Assembly (NCBI GenBank): GCA_021613535.1
Contig: CP075493.1
Coordinates: forward strand, 5,952,001 to 6,016,000
Direction of reading: 5' to 3'
Length of the DNA: 64,000 bases
Source of the DNA: Adineta vaga
Lineage: Eukaryota; Animalia; Rotifera
Both the position numbers and the translations under genes were made by a program. Position 1 is the stretch's first letter, and every line of letters begins with the position of its first letter. This document shows, one piece after another, positions 13,508 through 31,126 of this stretch. Below the pieces are notes generated by a model that did not search any database, was not told the DNA's origin, and saw only the letters and a list, made by a program, of their open reading frames with translations.

Positions 13508-15144
13508 ATGAATCTATCGATAGAATCGGTGTCAAATAGTAGATTTGAATTCTTAGCTTTGGTTTATGATGATCAATGTACGAACTCATGTGACATTCCT
13601 GGTATGATTTGTACGACTGGTCGATGTAAATGTGATTCAAAACAATATCTGTTTTGGACCGGTGCTCGATGTGCACCATGTCCAAATGATTGGGTTATGA
13701 CTGGTTTGTATCAAACTATCGTTGGCTATAATTCATATGAATTTATACTTTATAGACACAGCATGCATTGCTTTGTATAGAACATTAGCGTCTTGGCAAG
13801 TGGCGAAAGCGACGTGTAAGGCTGCCAGAGGTGAATTAATTAGTTTTCGTGATCCGAAGATAATTCCATTAATATATGAAACAATGAATCGAGATCTGAC
13901 CTCAGATCCCGCTCTTCGCATATGGACGAGTGCTCATTCTGTCGATCCTTATGAAAGTAAGTTAGAACATGATTATATAACGACTTGATTATTTTAGTTT
14001 GAACATTATGCATATCGCATTTATCATTGTAACTTGATCCAGAGCTCAAACACTTGAGATCCATTTATTTATAGGAATTAGTTCTTTTATGTCTATTTCA
14101 GACGGAATTTATCAATGGTTGGACAAAACTCAAAGTACTTTTGAATCTAACAGTCAATGGTGGTGTAAAAAACTCAGAACGATAACAGGTTACGACTATG
14201 CGTATGATGAGCCGACACGATTCACTAATCTTGGCGAACTAGAAGCATGTACAGCTGCATGGCGCGGTCAAACTACTACTGCGGAAATTGTGTGTTTAGA
14301 TGATCGAGTTTGTAGTAGCAATTTTGCATTTATTTGTGAAAAATGTAAGTATTACTATTTATTAAAATTTGATTATAACTCTTCCCATTTAGCGGAATCA
14401 ACTGCTCAAGAATATCTGGGACCTGCACGTATGTCGGCTCTTTTGCATATTTATTTATCGTATGATGAATATTTTTAGCCATAACAAATAATAATAACAA
14501 TAATGGAATAGGTATAAATTCAAATAATATCAAGCCAAAACCTCAAAGTAACTTCTCTGCTTTGACTAGTTTATCGAGGAATTCATTCGACTATCGATAA
14601 TTTGCAATCTTTCATTGTTTCACAGGAAATAATTAGTACAGATTATTCCGTTGAATAACTACGTTTGCAATGTATGAAAAACGATGGTTCACACTCGTTT
14701 CCTTTCTCTTGAAACTGTAGATATCTCTTATCTATTCACTATTTCTCTAAGAATAAGATGTAGATTGAGTACTTGTCTAAATGAATGACGTAAAAATATT
14801 TTATTTTTTAAAGAGAATTCATCGAATACGCTGTTAATAATCATCATTATTGTCGTCGTTGTATTGATCTTATTAAGTCTTCTTGCATGCTGTTTAATCT
14901 ATTGGTTCAAATATCGTAAAACAACAACTATGACATCAGTAAATGAAGTTTAATCAGAAATATCGAAGAATCAATTTGTTCCTTTTAGCAAAATATTACC
15001 AATCCAAAACAATCGATTCAATCTGATGATGTGAGAAGTGAAGTTATTGTAAATGAAGTTCCTGCAAGTAAAACTATTCCTATTAAACAACAGAAAAATA
15101 AACGAGCAGGTTATTCAAAACAACAATTTGATGAATTCGATTGA
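13508..15144 (+). CDS. Single-pass membrane protein with Cys-rich EB-like module and C-type lectin-like domain (5' end uncertain)
   Basis: C..CDIPGMICTTGRCKC..FWTG..C; CPNDW..C..SWQVAKATC..LISF..IWT..YQWLD..LDDRVC..FICE; hydrophobic TM near 14830-14910; stop at 15142-15144. Confidence 0.65.
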
Positions 15145-15533
15145 TTAGAACGATAATTATCAACTTATATTTTGTTCTCTTGATGTCTTTATCATTAATT
15201 TCGAGCTAATATAGTTTCAACTTGTTTATAAAAGATGGGATTGTTTTTTCGATTTAATAAAAAGATACTATTTAATCCATTCTTTATCTCTAAGCAATTA
15301 GAGTTAGTATAATAGTACAAATAAATAGTCTCTCGAAGTAAACGAGTTGGATTATGTATCTTTTCATTGAACAAGAACATTGTTTGTACACATACATCAA
15401 TGAATAGAGAAAGAGAGAAAGGAAATGAAAAAGAAATTTCTCTCTCTCTCTCACGCTCGCTCGCTCGCTCGCTTTTTTCTTTTCCATACTCGATGAAGAA
15501 CGTTCGTTATATATTTAGCAAGCGTTCTATTGA

Positions 15534-16577
<1,044 letters not shown>

Positions 16578-17341
16578 TTATTCAAGGTGTGAAAATAAAA
16601 GGGCAGACTATTTGTACCATCTGCATCGAAGAAGAAGAGAAGAGAAAACATCTATTTGTCATTAACAGTGGGTAGTCTCTTATAAAAAGTAGCTAAATTT
16701 AATTGAGAGCATACACATACACATGTCGATAGTGGCAGGAGACAATCAGCTGTCTACCTCTTGTCTATATATAAATGAACGCATGATGAGCTTAGAACAT
16801 CACATTTGTTCAATACCCTCGAGCTTTTTCTCTTCTCGTGAAGTGTATGTTTATTCACGAATGTCAAAAGAATCGAGAGAAAATCTTAGTTCATATTATC
16901 ATAGCGTCAGCTAGATTTTGTTCTATAGTCTTCAATGTTGACTGACATAATCACTATATGTATGATTATAAGATTCTTGTCATATTTTACATCATCATAA
17001 TCTACTGACAAAGAATTAATGGACTTTTGTTTCGTTTAATCTTCTTCCTTTTTTCTAGATAATTAAAAAAAAGGTGAAACACATTATAATCAACGCTATT
17101 TTGATACAGAAAACGAAAAACCAAATGATCAGAATATAATAAAACTACCGCAATATATATATATATATGTATACCACCGGGTTCAGACAACAAAAAACGA
17201 TGAGAGAGAATTAGTATGCTGCTGAGAAATGTATAAATATATGTATATGTGTCTATCAACGCATTTGATATGAATGAATAAGAATAACACAAAAACTAGC
17301 AAACTATATGTACAAAATAAAAAGACAAGAAAAATTTCAAT

Positions 17342-20647
<3,306 letters not shown>

Positions 20648-20787
20648 AGCTATCTGTAACAAAAATGAACGGAAAATCTTTTAAAAAAATATGTATCATC
20701 ATTTTTACTTGAAATAAATATCAAAAAGATAAAAGAAAAGAAGTTTTGTCTTTTATACAGAAAAAAAAAGAAGTAAAACACCGAGAT

Positions 20788-23312
20788 TTAAAATTTCGTT
20801 TGATCACAGGCATGATTTAATTTTTGTGCATGTTGAAGTTTCGTGAATTGAGTACGACAACCTCGACCATAATAACAATTAGGACGATTACGCATTAGTA
20901 CCGGAGTAATATCATCTTGTTTCATATGCAGACGAAATTGATAGGCTAATTCTTTGAACATTTTCAAACCACATTTATAGCAAACAATTTTGGAAGATGG
21001 AACTATGTAAGAATAAGAAAATTGTTAGATATGAGAGAATTAAAAACGAGAAAAATCTTACTTGCAGCATTTCGATCGATACCAGGACAAGTAAATTCAT
21101 TTCGATCGAGACGATCACAACATTCGACGAGTAAATCACGCATTGTTTTGCGATTCGTCGTCAAATAATCCTAAAATTAATGACTGTATTTTTCAAAATC
21201 AAACAATGATTAACTTACTTGCACAATTTGTGATTCAACAGGATTATCAATGACAAGATTTGTAAGATGTCGAGGTGAGAAATTAAAATCTATTAAAATG
21301 TAAAAGTTTTTGTATTTTGTAAATAGTAAATGAAAAATAATACCTCTTAGACGATTTAAACAACCAAGACATCCTTGTCGTTGACATTGTTGAAAATAAA
21401 TATTGCAAAAAAATTGATGACATACTTCACCTGAAAATTTATACGAAAATTATCATTTTAAATGAATATCGAAATAACGAACAATGTTGATGAATATCAG
21501 CTTCGTCGCGTCGATCTGGCATGGGTTGAATACAACATTGACATAAAATATGATTTTGATTTGCTGGACACTGAAAACCAGTTGCAGCTGTAATAATAAA
21601 GAAACAATTTTGATATTTCATTCGATTGAACAACAAACATACCTATCGCTCCCTGAGGACATTGTCGACACATAAATCTGACATTAGCAACAACAGGAGG
21701 AGGAGCTATCACTGGAGCACTAGAAATAGTATATCATTCGAATGGAATCCTATACAAAGGAACAACTCACAAGTAAGCATGATTATCGTCGTCGTCGTCG
21801 TCGTCTTCATCATGATCATCATCGTCATGGTCATCGTCGTCCTCCATCTTCAATATCTCATATATACATGTATTTGAAATTTTATAATGAAAAAGAATAT
21901 TTACCTCTCCTTCTTCGTCATTATCATTATCTTCGTCATCGTCATAATCATCACCATCACCAAATTGAGTGTTCTGTAGATACATACCATCAGGTCCCAC
22001 CTACATCAACAAACAAACAAAAAAACAAACACATGTTTTTCTAATATTTCGAAATATTTTTTTCAAATTTACATCATATCTGCCATTTTTGAATTTTTTC
22101 GCTGTTTCAGTGTTTTCATCAATTCTTTCGGTGCTGGTCGTTTATGTGGATATGCTTTGAGAAAAGCATCTAAGATTCCATTTATTACAAAGTTCTTCTT
22201 CTTGCCTGTAACTTTCACACGACATTTCGGACTAAAAGAAAAACGTTGAAAAACTATTCGAAATCATTCTTTCTTTAATCCAATTACCAAGTACGTTGAA
22301 CTGCTTCCCATGATTCATAACAATCACTACAGAACGCATGCAAACATGGTTCAAGACTAACTGGATTAGTCATAATATCTTGACAACAGACACATGTTAA
22401 AACATCTTCCATATCATCACCAGCTTCCATAGCAAATTCTTTTTTTGGTTCATCTTTTAGTTTAGTAGGTTTAATTTCAACATCTGGACTTGTGTTCACT
22501 AGATAGCTAGATCAATATTTTCTTGTGTTTCTAAATCGATAAACTAGTTAAATAAGAGAGATTAATTATAACTTACGATTAGGCGAAAGAGGAGGAATCG
22601 ATGGATAAGATGTCATTTGTGTATCTGGATCAAAACGTCAAAGATTATTTCCGATAATCAAAGATGATAATTTGTATTCTTACCTTCATCATATAAAGAT
22701 AATTCTTTATCTGTTTGCTCTTCTAATGATTTTATCACTGGTATATCTATTTGAAACACAACATCTAGTAACAAAAACGCAATTACATTGATTGTAAGTT
22801 TACATTGATGAACTAACTTGATCCCGTTTCATCTTTTCGAAAAACTAGATGAATAATATCATCTGTATGAAGTTCTACACGCTGAACAACAGTTACAAGC
22901 TACATATTCTGTTTGTTTTTGTCTAGAAAATCTGAACTTACAGAATCATTTTTAGTCACTTTAGTTGAACGATTAATCAGTGTTCCATTTGAACTCGTAT
23001 CTTGCAGATAGAGATGACCATTATCATATTCAAAAATACAATGGAAAGACGAGACAAATCGATTATTAGCAATAGATAAATCATTTGCTAGAAGAAAAAA
23101 GTTTGTTCAAATTATTTTAATATTCGTTCAGACAAGAAATAGTAAAATTCTAATACATCATTCAATGAACTATAAATTCTACAAAAAAAAACATGCGTAT
23201 TCTATTTACTTTCAGCTCGACCAATTTTAAATTGATTTTTGTAAACTGATATAATATTGTGATTGTTCAAATTTTTTAGACGATATAATGCAGATACATC
23301 CATTGAGGACAT
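20788..23312 (-). CDS. CHFR: E3 ubiquitin ligase CHFR (FHA, RING, Cys-rich, PBZ)
   Basis: FHA IGR..VSSFHC..QDTSSNGT; RING LTCVCCQDI..PCLHAFCSDC; CRQCP, HILCQCCIQPMPDRR; C-terminal RPNCYYGRGCRTQ..HAQKLNHACDQTKF. Confidence 0.9.
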
Positions 23313-24021
23313 CTAAAATAAGATATGGTCGATATTTAAATGACCTTCAACAATGAAATGTTGGTAGAATCTGTCAAAATCTACTCGAATATGAAACATA
23401 ACATATATCTTAATGATTGATTTCACGATGTTCTCTATTCTCACATTTTTATTTGATTAACTGTCATTAGCTCTTTTCTTTTCTTACCTTGTAGCAAACT
23501 GAGTAAGAAAAGAAACGTAGAAAAGCATCATTCATATAAGGAAAGCAAAAAAATAACAACACACACACACACGCACACACAACACAGATGCAATAACAAA
23601 ATAAACAATGCCATTCGATTGATGTAACTGATAAGCCAATTGAATATAAATTGAAAAATTTGATGATGGAATTTATTATTAGATAATTAGTTGCCAATAT
23701 TTTCAAGTATGAAATCATATTTTTATTTTATGCTATGAGAGACATCTATCTTTATCAGAATAGGATTCGAAAATCAACCAATTGGAAACGCAGATCAGTG
23801 AATCTCAGTCAGTTAGCTCAGACAAAACAGAATAACGTTACGTTACGGAAATTTAATCTTTGAAAGATCGTGTTAAACTAATCACTGAGGAAAGTTTACT
23901 TACCGGTATTTTTGAATACGAAAGATTCTTTAGATATATTTATAATAGCTATCAAATATGCATGTACAGAAGTAATTATTTGATTATTATATAATTCATA
24001 ATTTTAGATTTTCTCAAAATT

Positions 24022-24738
24022 ATGGGCGGTGCAATTCATCGAGGAACCCGATTTTTACGTATGTATAATATCGATAATCGAGTTGATAGAGTTCTTGCCA
24101 AAGAAAAACCAACTCCTGCTCCTCGATATCCAACTGAACAACAAATTTCTCAATCAGCAAATGTTGAAAGTAAAAATCGATATTCTCCTATTTTCTTTCC
24201 TTTTCTTTAAAATCAAATTCAATCTTTATCATTCAGGTAACGTTGCACCTAAAACTAATCGGAAGAATGACAATTACTAGATCATTTACATGATGTCAAA
24301 GTCTATTCAACTGGTGATAATCCAGTGATACGTCGTGTTACTGATAAAAGTAGTCATCCATCCAAACAACCATTATTAAATCGTGTTGAAGAACCAATAG
24401 ATGAAAATAGTGCTGATACTGCATTTGGTTATGTTGAACCAAAACGTATTCCTCCTGGTCGAATATCATTACGTCAATTTCTTGCATATCTTCAACAGTA
24501 TCGCGATGCACCCGAAGAATATTCTATTGAACGTTTTGCTGATATGTATACAATTAAACCTGAAGTAGCACAACAAATATTTAAGTATCATAGTTTATTA
24601 TCTTTACAAGAAATTTCTCGTCAACAAAGTAAATCTCCAGCTAGACCACCACATATTGCTGCAGCTGAAGTTTTCAGTATTGAAGCTGATGCACGAAGAA
24701 GACCTGGTCCTGACACAGGCATTACTACAAAATATTGA
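24022..24738 (+). CDS. NDUFAF4: Complex I assembly factor NDUFAF4
   Basis: MGG..YNIDNRVDRVLAKEKPTPAPRYP, LLDHLHDVKVYS, IPPGRISLRQ; one intron. Confidence 0.85.
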
Positions 24739-24848
24739 TGTTTTGTTTAATATGCTGGTTTTTGTCTATTGTTTTTTTGTTTAGAGAAATATAAAAAAAC
24801 AGATTAGTATTTTTTAAACATAGCAAATTGAAGAAAAAATGAACTCTT

Positions 24849-25387
24849 TTAACCTAAATCTGATGATGAATAATGTCCTTGAACTTGTTTAATCGCATTT
24901 TTCCATTGTTTATATGTTATATTCTTCATTTGCCATGCAGCTTGATATTCTTTTCTTCCATGTTCATCTCGTATGACATATGTCAAAACCATATGAGGAT
25001 AATCTGTACGATAGCGTCCATTGAAATCTATTCACAAAATGATATTGATTTATAATTCAGAAATAAAATCATTCTCTTACATGATTTTTGTTGAATATCA
25101 ATAATTGATAAAACTGGTATACGTAATACACCTTGATCACAACAACAGTTACTTTTAATTACTTGGGAATATAAACAATCTTCAGTTAGAGCCAAATCTA
25201 CTTCACCAACTGCCTAGAAGAGATAAAAACAAATAAATAATGATTTGATTTACAGAAAAGATACACGAACTTGAAATCGACCTCGTTCAGTAGTTCCGCT
25301 GAATTCAACATGACTTCCTTCTAATCGTAGAACAAGTGGTTGAAGAATACTGAAATCAATAATTTCTCGTGAATAGAAACAACCCAT
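24849..25387 (-). CDS. Small uncharacterised protein, N-terminal MGC lipidation motif, 3 exons
   Basis: Spliced ORF MGCFYSREIIDF..GRFQ|AVGEVDLALTEDCLY..VLRIPVLSI..|..HMVLTYV..AAWQMKN..WKNAIKQVQ..DLG*; canonical introns. Confidence 0.6.
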
Positions 25388-25944
25388 TTGGAAAGAAAAA
25401 GATGAATGATCTGTAAATCCGTATAAAAAAATGAATGCAATACCGTGACGGAGATGAATCATCCAAAAAAGTTAAGCAGATGGCGATGGTGAATGATATA
25501 ATACATAAAAGATAATAATAATTCATATCACTCATGTATTACACATTGATGAGATGTTACTACTAATCAAACTTGATACCTGTTATTTTTCCAGGTACTT
25601 AAATGATAAAGACGGTAAGTGACAGGACGTGATTAAGGCCCTATTCCTGTAATTTTCAGGAACATTTTTTTTGACGAAGCTAAATAAATACCTGCGGTAA
25701 TTTTTACAATAATGATGAGACTAGCTTATGAACGACAGTTAATGTCTCATTTTTTCTATGTGTTTCTATTCTATGGTAAATCTTGCTTAAACCGTCTTGA
25801 GAACAGAATATTCTCACGCCCTTGTTCATGAATAAGTGATGAGTAAAAAAATGAAGTGTGTTCTGGCAGAATAAACGGATCACATCATAAGAAGCATTTT
25901 TATTTTTAATATAAGAAATTTAATAAGAAGCTATCTCAAATAAG

Positions 25945-26958
25945 ATGAACGCATGGATTCTAACAAATATTCTTTTAAATTTTTTAACGTTAATTAATTC
26001 TATGTTAACAATTCTCCTTTGTTTATTTATTCTTTTATTGATTATAATTTTTCATCGAAAATCTCGTTCCGTTCCACTTCTACTTGCTGCTCATACATGC
26101 ACAATTTTACTTATATCAGCTTTCATGTTAGCAAGTATGACAGCTGCTAGTTTATTTGGATTTCTTGGTATCAAATTAGATCAACATCAAGATACAATTT
26201 GGTGTCGTTGGCGTGGCTTTCTTATTCATGGTTTTCTTTGTGCACTCTATGATTCGTATATTTTACAAGCAGCCTATCGTCTATGTCGTGTGGTATTCTA
26301 TCGTCGTAAACGTCTACATAGTTTTCCTTTATACCTACTTCTTGTACCAATAGAATCTCTTTTCGGAATTGTATGTATATCACCTGTACTATTACGTAAT
26401 GATGTTATTTATCTTCCAACGGAATTCTATTGTCAAACACCATTTACAAATATTCCAGCAATTAGTTATATTGCTGTTCGTTTATTTTGTCTTCCACTTC
26501 TATTTATTGCATTAGTTTACATATGTTTATTAAAACATATTCACCAAATAAAAACATCATCACCAACAATGACTTTACATTATCGTCGACGTTCCAAACA
26601 AAATCGACGAGATTTAATCGTTATTCGAAGATTACTTCTTATGTTAGGTGTTTTAATTCTTCTTGGTTTACCATCAATTATTTTCTTAAGTATTCTTATG
26701 ATTACAGGTCATTTTATTCCTGTTACATATCGAATCGGATGGTTGTCCGTTTCCTTTTCACTTGTTTTTCTTGCTTATATGCTTATTCAACTAACAAGAC
26801 CACTACGAAAAACTGTACGAAGAATATTTAAACTTAATATATCACATCAAAATCGTATTAGATCACTCGTGCACAACGTTCGCCATGTTATAATATGTAA
26901 TATTGCTGGTTTTAATCAAAATCGATTTGGCCGCCAAGGTAGTCTCGGAATCATTTGA
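25945..26958 (+). CDS. Orphan 7TM (class A-like) GPCR, intronless
   Basis: 337 aa, seven hydrophobic segments, WC in ECL1, YRL in place of DRY, basic ICL3. Confidence 0.82.
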   Translation: MNAWILTNILLNFLTLINSMLTILLCLFILLLIIIFHRKSRSVPLLLAAHTCTILLISAFMLASMTAASLFGFLGIKLDQHQDTIWCRWRGFLIHGFLCALYDSYILQAAYRLCRVVFYRRKRLHSFPLYLLLVPIESLFGIVCISPVLLRNDVIYLPTEFYCQTPFTNIPAISYIAVRLFCLPLLFIALVYICLLKHIHQIKTSSPTMTLHYRRRSKQNRRDLIVIRRLLLMLGVLILLGLPSIIFLSILMITGHFIPVTYRIGWLSVSFSLVFLAYMLIQLTRPLRKTVRRIFKLNISHQNRIRSLVHNVRHVIICNIAGFNQNRFGRQGSLGII

Positions 26959-28227
26959 AAAAAAAACAATGATAGAAACCTGAACTTATTTCAGTTGAAG
27001 AAAAACACATTAGTCTGTTATTTTACGGACTATGATAATCAACAGATCGTATGAATGAGTGCAAATACTTCAAGACTTATTTGCATCTATGAGACACGTT
27101 AATTCTTCTTAATATGTAAAACTATATTATGATATTCAATATCTATGTCGTATTTTATTCGATGTTCAGTTATGTATATACACTAATTAATAAACAGGCA
27201 GAATGGAAATAATGTGATAATTAATTTTTCATTATCATTTATTAATGTTTCTGATCTATGCAATTCAAAATATTTCATATTGAAATTTTTATTTCAATAG
27301 AATAATATAAAGGAGTAAAGTTCACTTGATATAATAATAGCATTTATTGTGTTTTTTATATGTTTTTAGTTCGAAATTTTATCTTATGACTAAACATTTT
27401 GATTATTTCTTTCGTGATAAATGAGAACTTTTATCTTTTTCTTTTTTAGTTTCAATTGGCCTTTATCGACGAAAGAAGAAAGATTGATTCTGATGAGTAA
27501 CATGAAAGTCATTCATCGATACATTGTAAATACTCGAGTAAAGAGAAATCTGATTGTAAAACATACATCTAAGAAGAGGAAACACATATAATTTCATATT
27601 TAAATATATCTTCTAAGATATGACGCTATTCTGATTTCTACAATCCAATTTCTGACAATTTTATATTTACCATTCATTTCTAAACAAAAAAGAAACATTG
27701 CGTCTATGGATACTCCCCCATTCTCTACAGTCACTGATAAAATGATTCAATTATATGACATCGTCAGGCCATATCTAACATAGTTATCATTCGATGTTCT
27801 CTGTACGTGTACGAACAAATCAATGAATAATTACATATTGACTCATTTCATCAATATTGTTCGAAAAAGCAAAATATCCTCTCTCAAATATAAACGTTAT
27901 TATTCCACATATAATTGAAGGAAAAAAAAACAAAAAAACCTCATTCCTTTTTTTTCTTTTTCGTCAAGTTTTTTTCCTCATATTGCGTATGATTTGTTGC
28001 TAGTAGTCGAAGTAAATTATCAACTTTTTACTTTGTCTACTGATGTCGAATGAAACGAAAAGAAAAAAAAGGCGAAAAAAGAAAGAAAAAAAGTCTAAGG
28101 ACATATAGAAAAGAAAAGAAAAAACATTTTCTTTAACTTTCATTTGTAACCTAAAGCAAAAATAGTGCCGATTTAAAATTTTTTCTTACATTCTTTGTCA
28201 TTCTGTGTTTCTGTGATAGAAACAATA

Positions 28228-30167
28228 ATGAAATACAAACAATGTAAGTAATCATAAGATAATTTAGCAATCAATATCGTTTTCTTCATTAACAGTATAT
28301 CCAAAATCTTTACGAACAAATCATTTGTTTCATAAACAACATCAACGTTGTTCATTATGTGATAGATTATTAAAAATTCAACGTTATATGACAATAGGTA
28401 AATCTATTCATGAATCGATAGTTATTAATAATCAGAAAACGATAACATATGGTGAATGTTGCCAACGATATTTAAAAGAAAAATCTCTTATGAATAAATT
28501 ACACATTATTTGTTTGAAATGTTGTAATAATTTACAACATGTATATTCATTACATCTTGATGCTGAAGAATTAACTGAAAAATTACGACGAACTTGTTAT
28601 AAAACTAAACGTTTACAACGAATTCGACATTCATCATCCAAAACTGAAACAAATATTGAAATTAAAGTTGAACCATCACTGACAAATCATGTAAGAAATC
28701 TTTCGCCTTCTTTTTTTGTTTTGTTCTCTTAATACATTAATCTCTCCTTAACAATTCATATGTAGATTCCAACATCAGCCACTATTCCAAGTATTCATTC
28801 GGCATTTATTCCAGCACAAATTTTTCCTAATGAAAATGAATGTAATCAACAATTTCTATATCATCATAAAATGAATAATTCTTCAACAGTATGAATGAGT
28901 GGAATCGTGCTTTATTTTTATTGTTTTATTACGTTTTTTTTAGTTACCATATGCACAATTTCTCATCGATTCTCCAATAGCAACGAATTTATCTCATCAT
29001 GATAACAATCAACATAATTCCAATAGCGAACAAATCTCACCTGGTTTGTATTCATTTTATTTTCTAAACAATTCGCGAACAGACAGTGATTATAGTTTAT
29101 TTGTATAAATCGAGAGATTAGGTATCCAAGGACATGTCTCATATAGAATGAAAAGAGAACGTAATAATCGTCAATCTAATCTGAAAAACTTCACTTGCGA
29201 CATATGTTCTATGTCACATTTTCTTCAAGTAATAATTTAGTAGTGATATGAAAGAAAACTGGTTTGAATATCCATCACAATCATATGTCGCTGTAGGATT
29301 CTATTTTTTGCATTAGGGAACTATTGAAGTATGTGTTATGATTCAATTACGAGACTGATTTGAATATGTTTGATAAAGAAACGTAGAAACTCGAAAATTT
29401 GCTCACATCCGCCTATGAATAGTATATATTCGTGCATAGTTTCAATCTATTTACATACTAAATATCGAAAAAAAGATCAAGCTCACTATAAGCGATAAGT
29501 AATCGATAGTTCTAATTCAATTATTTCTCGTAAATAAATGAATTTTCTATTTGATCTAGATGATGATCATTCTCTTTCGTCTTATCCAAACGATGAAGAA
29601 ACAAACATTAAAAATAATCGTCTATCGCGTCGACAATATAATTTTCTTATTGAATTACCTGATCAACCGTCGCTAAATGCATTTATTGAAGCATCAGCAT
29701 CAGAATCTGGTTCACGTTGGACATGGCGTCGAACATCATCGAATTCACGTGGATACAAAGTTTATTATGTATGTAATTTTTCCATGCGTCGTCATTATCA
29801 TCCCTGTCCAGCAGCGATGTATGCATTATTTAATCCAACGGGATCGATATCCGTCTTTTCTCATGGACAACATCAACATATTCCGAAAAATCATCTTCCA
29901 TTAATAATATCTGATCAAACAAAAGATGAAATATTCAAATGTTTACAAACAAATATGTCCGCAACTGGTATTCGTGAACATTTAATTCGCTTAAAATTAC
30001 CCTTTGGTGATGCAAAAAAATTGAATAATTTTATCAAATATCATCGAGAATTATTACGATTCGGTGCAGTCACAAATGTTCGAGTAAATGGCACTGCTTA
30101 TCGACAACCGCAATATTGGGCTATTCGACGATCATCACCTGTGAATGCGAATACAACAATTTTATAG
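28228..30167 (+). CDS. Putative transcription factor: N-terminal ZAD (zf-AD)-like C4 domain plus C-terminal MULE/WRKY-GCM1-type zinc finger and helical domain
   Basis: CSLC...ICLKCCNNL; last exon WTWRRT..VYYVC-x10-C-x21-HQH then SDQTKDEIFKCL..SATGIREHL..KKLNNFIKYHR; splice phases checked at the first and last introns. Confidence 0.68.
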
Positions 30168-30625
30168 ATAAGAGCAAAAAAGAAACCTATATTATGAGGA
30201 TGGTTTATTTTTCTGCAATAGATTAATATTCGTATTGAACTTTTAAGAATAAGTCAAAGTACTGATTTCTTAAACAACCTTTCTTTTTCATTATTATGAT
30301 AAACGAATAAACATTTTTTTAAATCTACCATACATTTACTGACTTGTTCTACATCTTGCTTGAAAGTCTAGACTAATAAATATGTCTAAAGATTTACTAT
30401 AAGTTTTTCTCATCATTATGATCATGTTCTATATAGTTTTCTTATCCTAAGTGGATGAACGGCTTGTAAAAACCTCGATGGATTGTTATTTTCTTCAATT
30501 AATCTTCGTTTTTGTATATATATAATAATCTTGCGTGACTTTACTCTAATCTGATAGAGATAAGAAATAATCAACGAAGAACTTTGTTCTCTTGAATAGA
30601 GAAATCAATATGTATGTCTTTCGTT

Positions 30626-30626
<1 letters not shown>

Positions 30627-30656
<30 letters not shown>

Positions 30657-30801
30657 TGATGTTATCATTTATGTTTTGTTCTATTTCGTTTATTGTTTGC
30701 TTTTCTTCTTTCTATCAATTTCTTGTTCATTGTCATTTGGTATATGAGATCGCGATCTCTTATCATTTTCTTTAGTATAAAGAAGAAGAAGAAGAAGAAG
30801 A
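30627..30801. repeat. (ATT)n and (GAA)n microsatellites upstream of the GABA-B-like gene
   Basis: ttattattatt... near 30627-30652; agaagaagaag... near 30780-30801. Confidence 0.8.
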
Positions 30802-31126
30802 AAAAAAAGACTTTAGTGAAGAGGAAAAATGTCGTTTAGAGACGCGCGCATACAAATGCAAACTTCTGAACATTTATTTTCTTTGCATGTTATTTCTTGG
30901 CGTTAGTTGATCGGAATGCTCGGTATAATCGACCGAGAATGAATGACGAATAAAATTGAGTTGCTCCCAGTAATGAGAATATTATGTGTTCAGTAAGATT
31001 TTCTAACAACTTTTTTTCTTTTTCTATTGGATTCATTTAATTCGAGTATATATATATATGTATGCTTATAGAAAATTCTTTCTCTAGATGTTCTTCTCTT
31101 TCGTGTTAGTTTCATAATGCTTTCGC

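Noticed and set aside
21626-22160. His/Arg-rich and Val/Ile-rich plus-strand ORFs
   Set aside because: Antisense shadows of the Asp-rich CHFR exons
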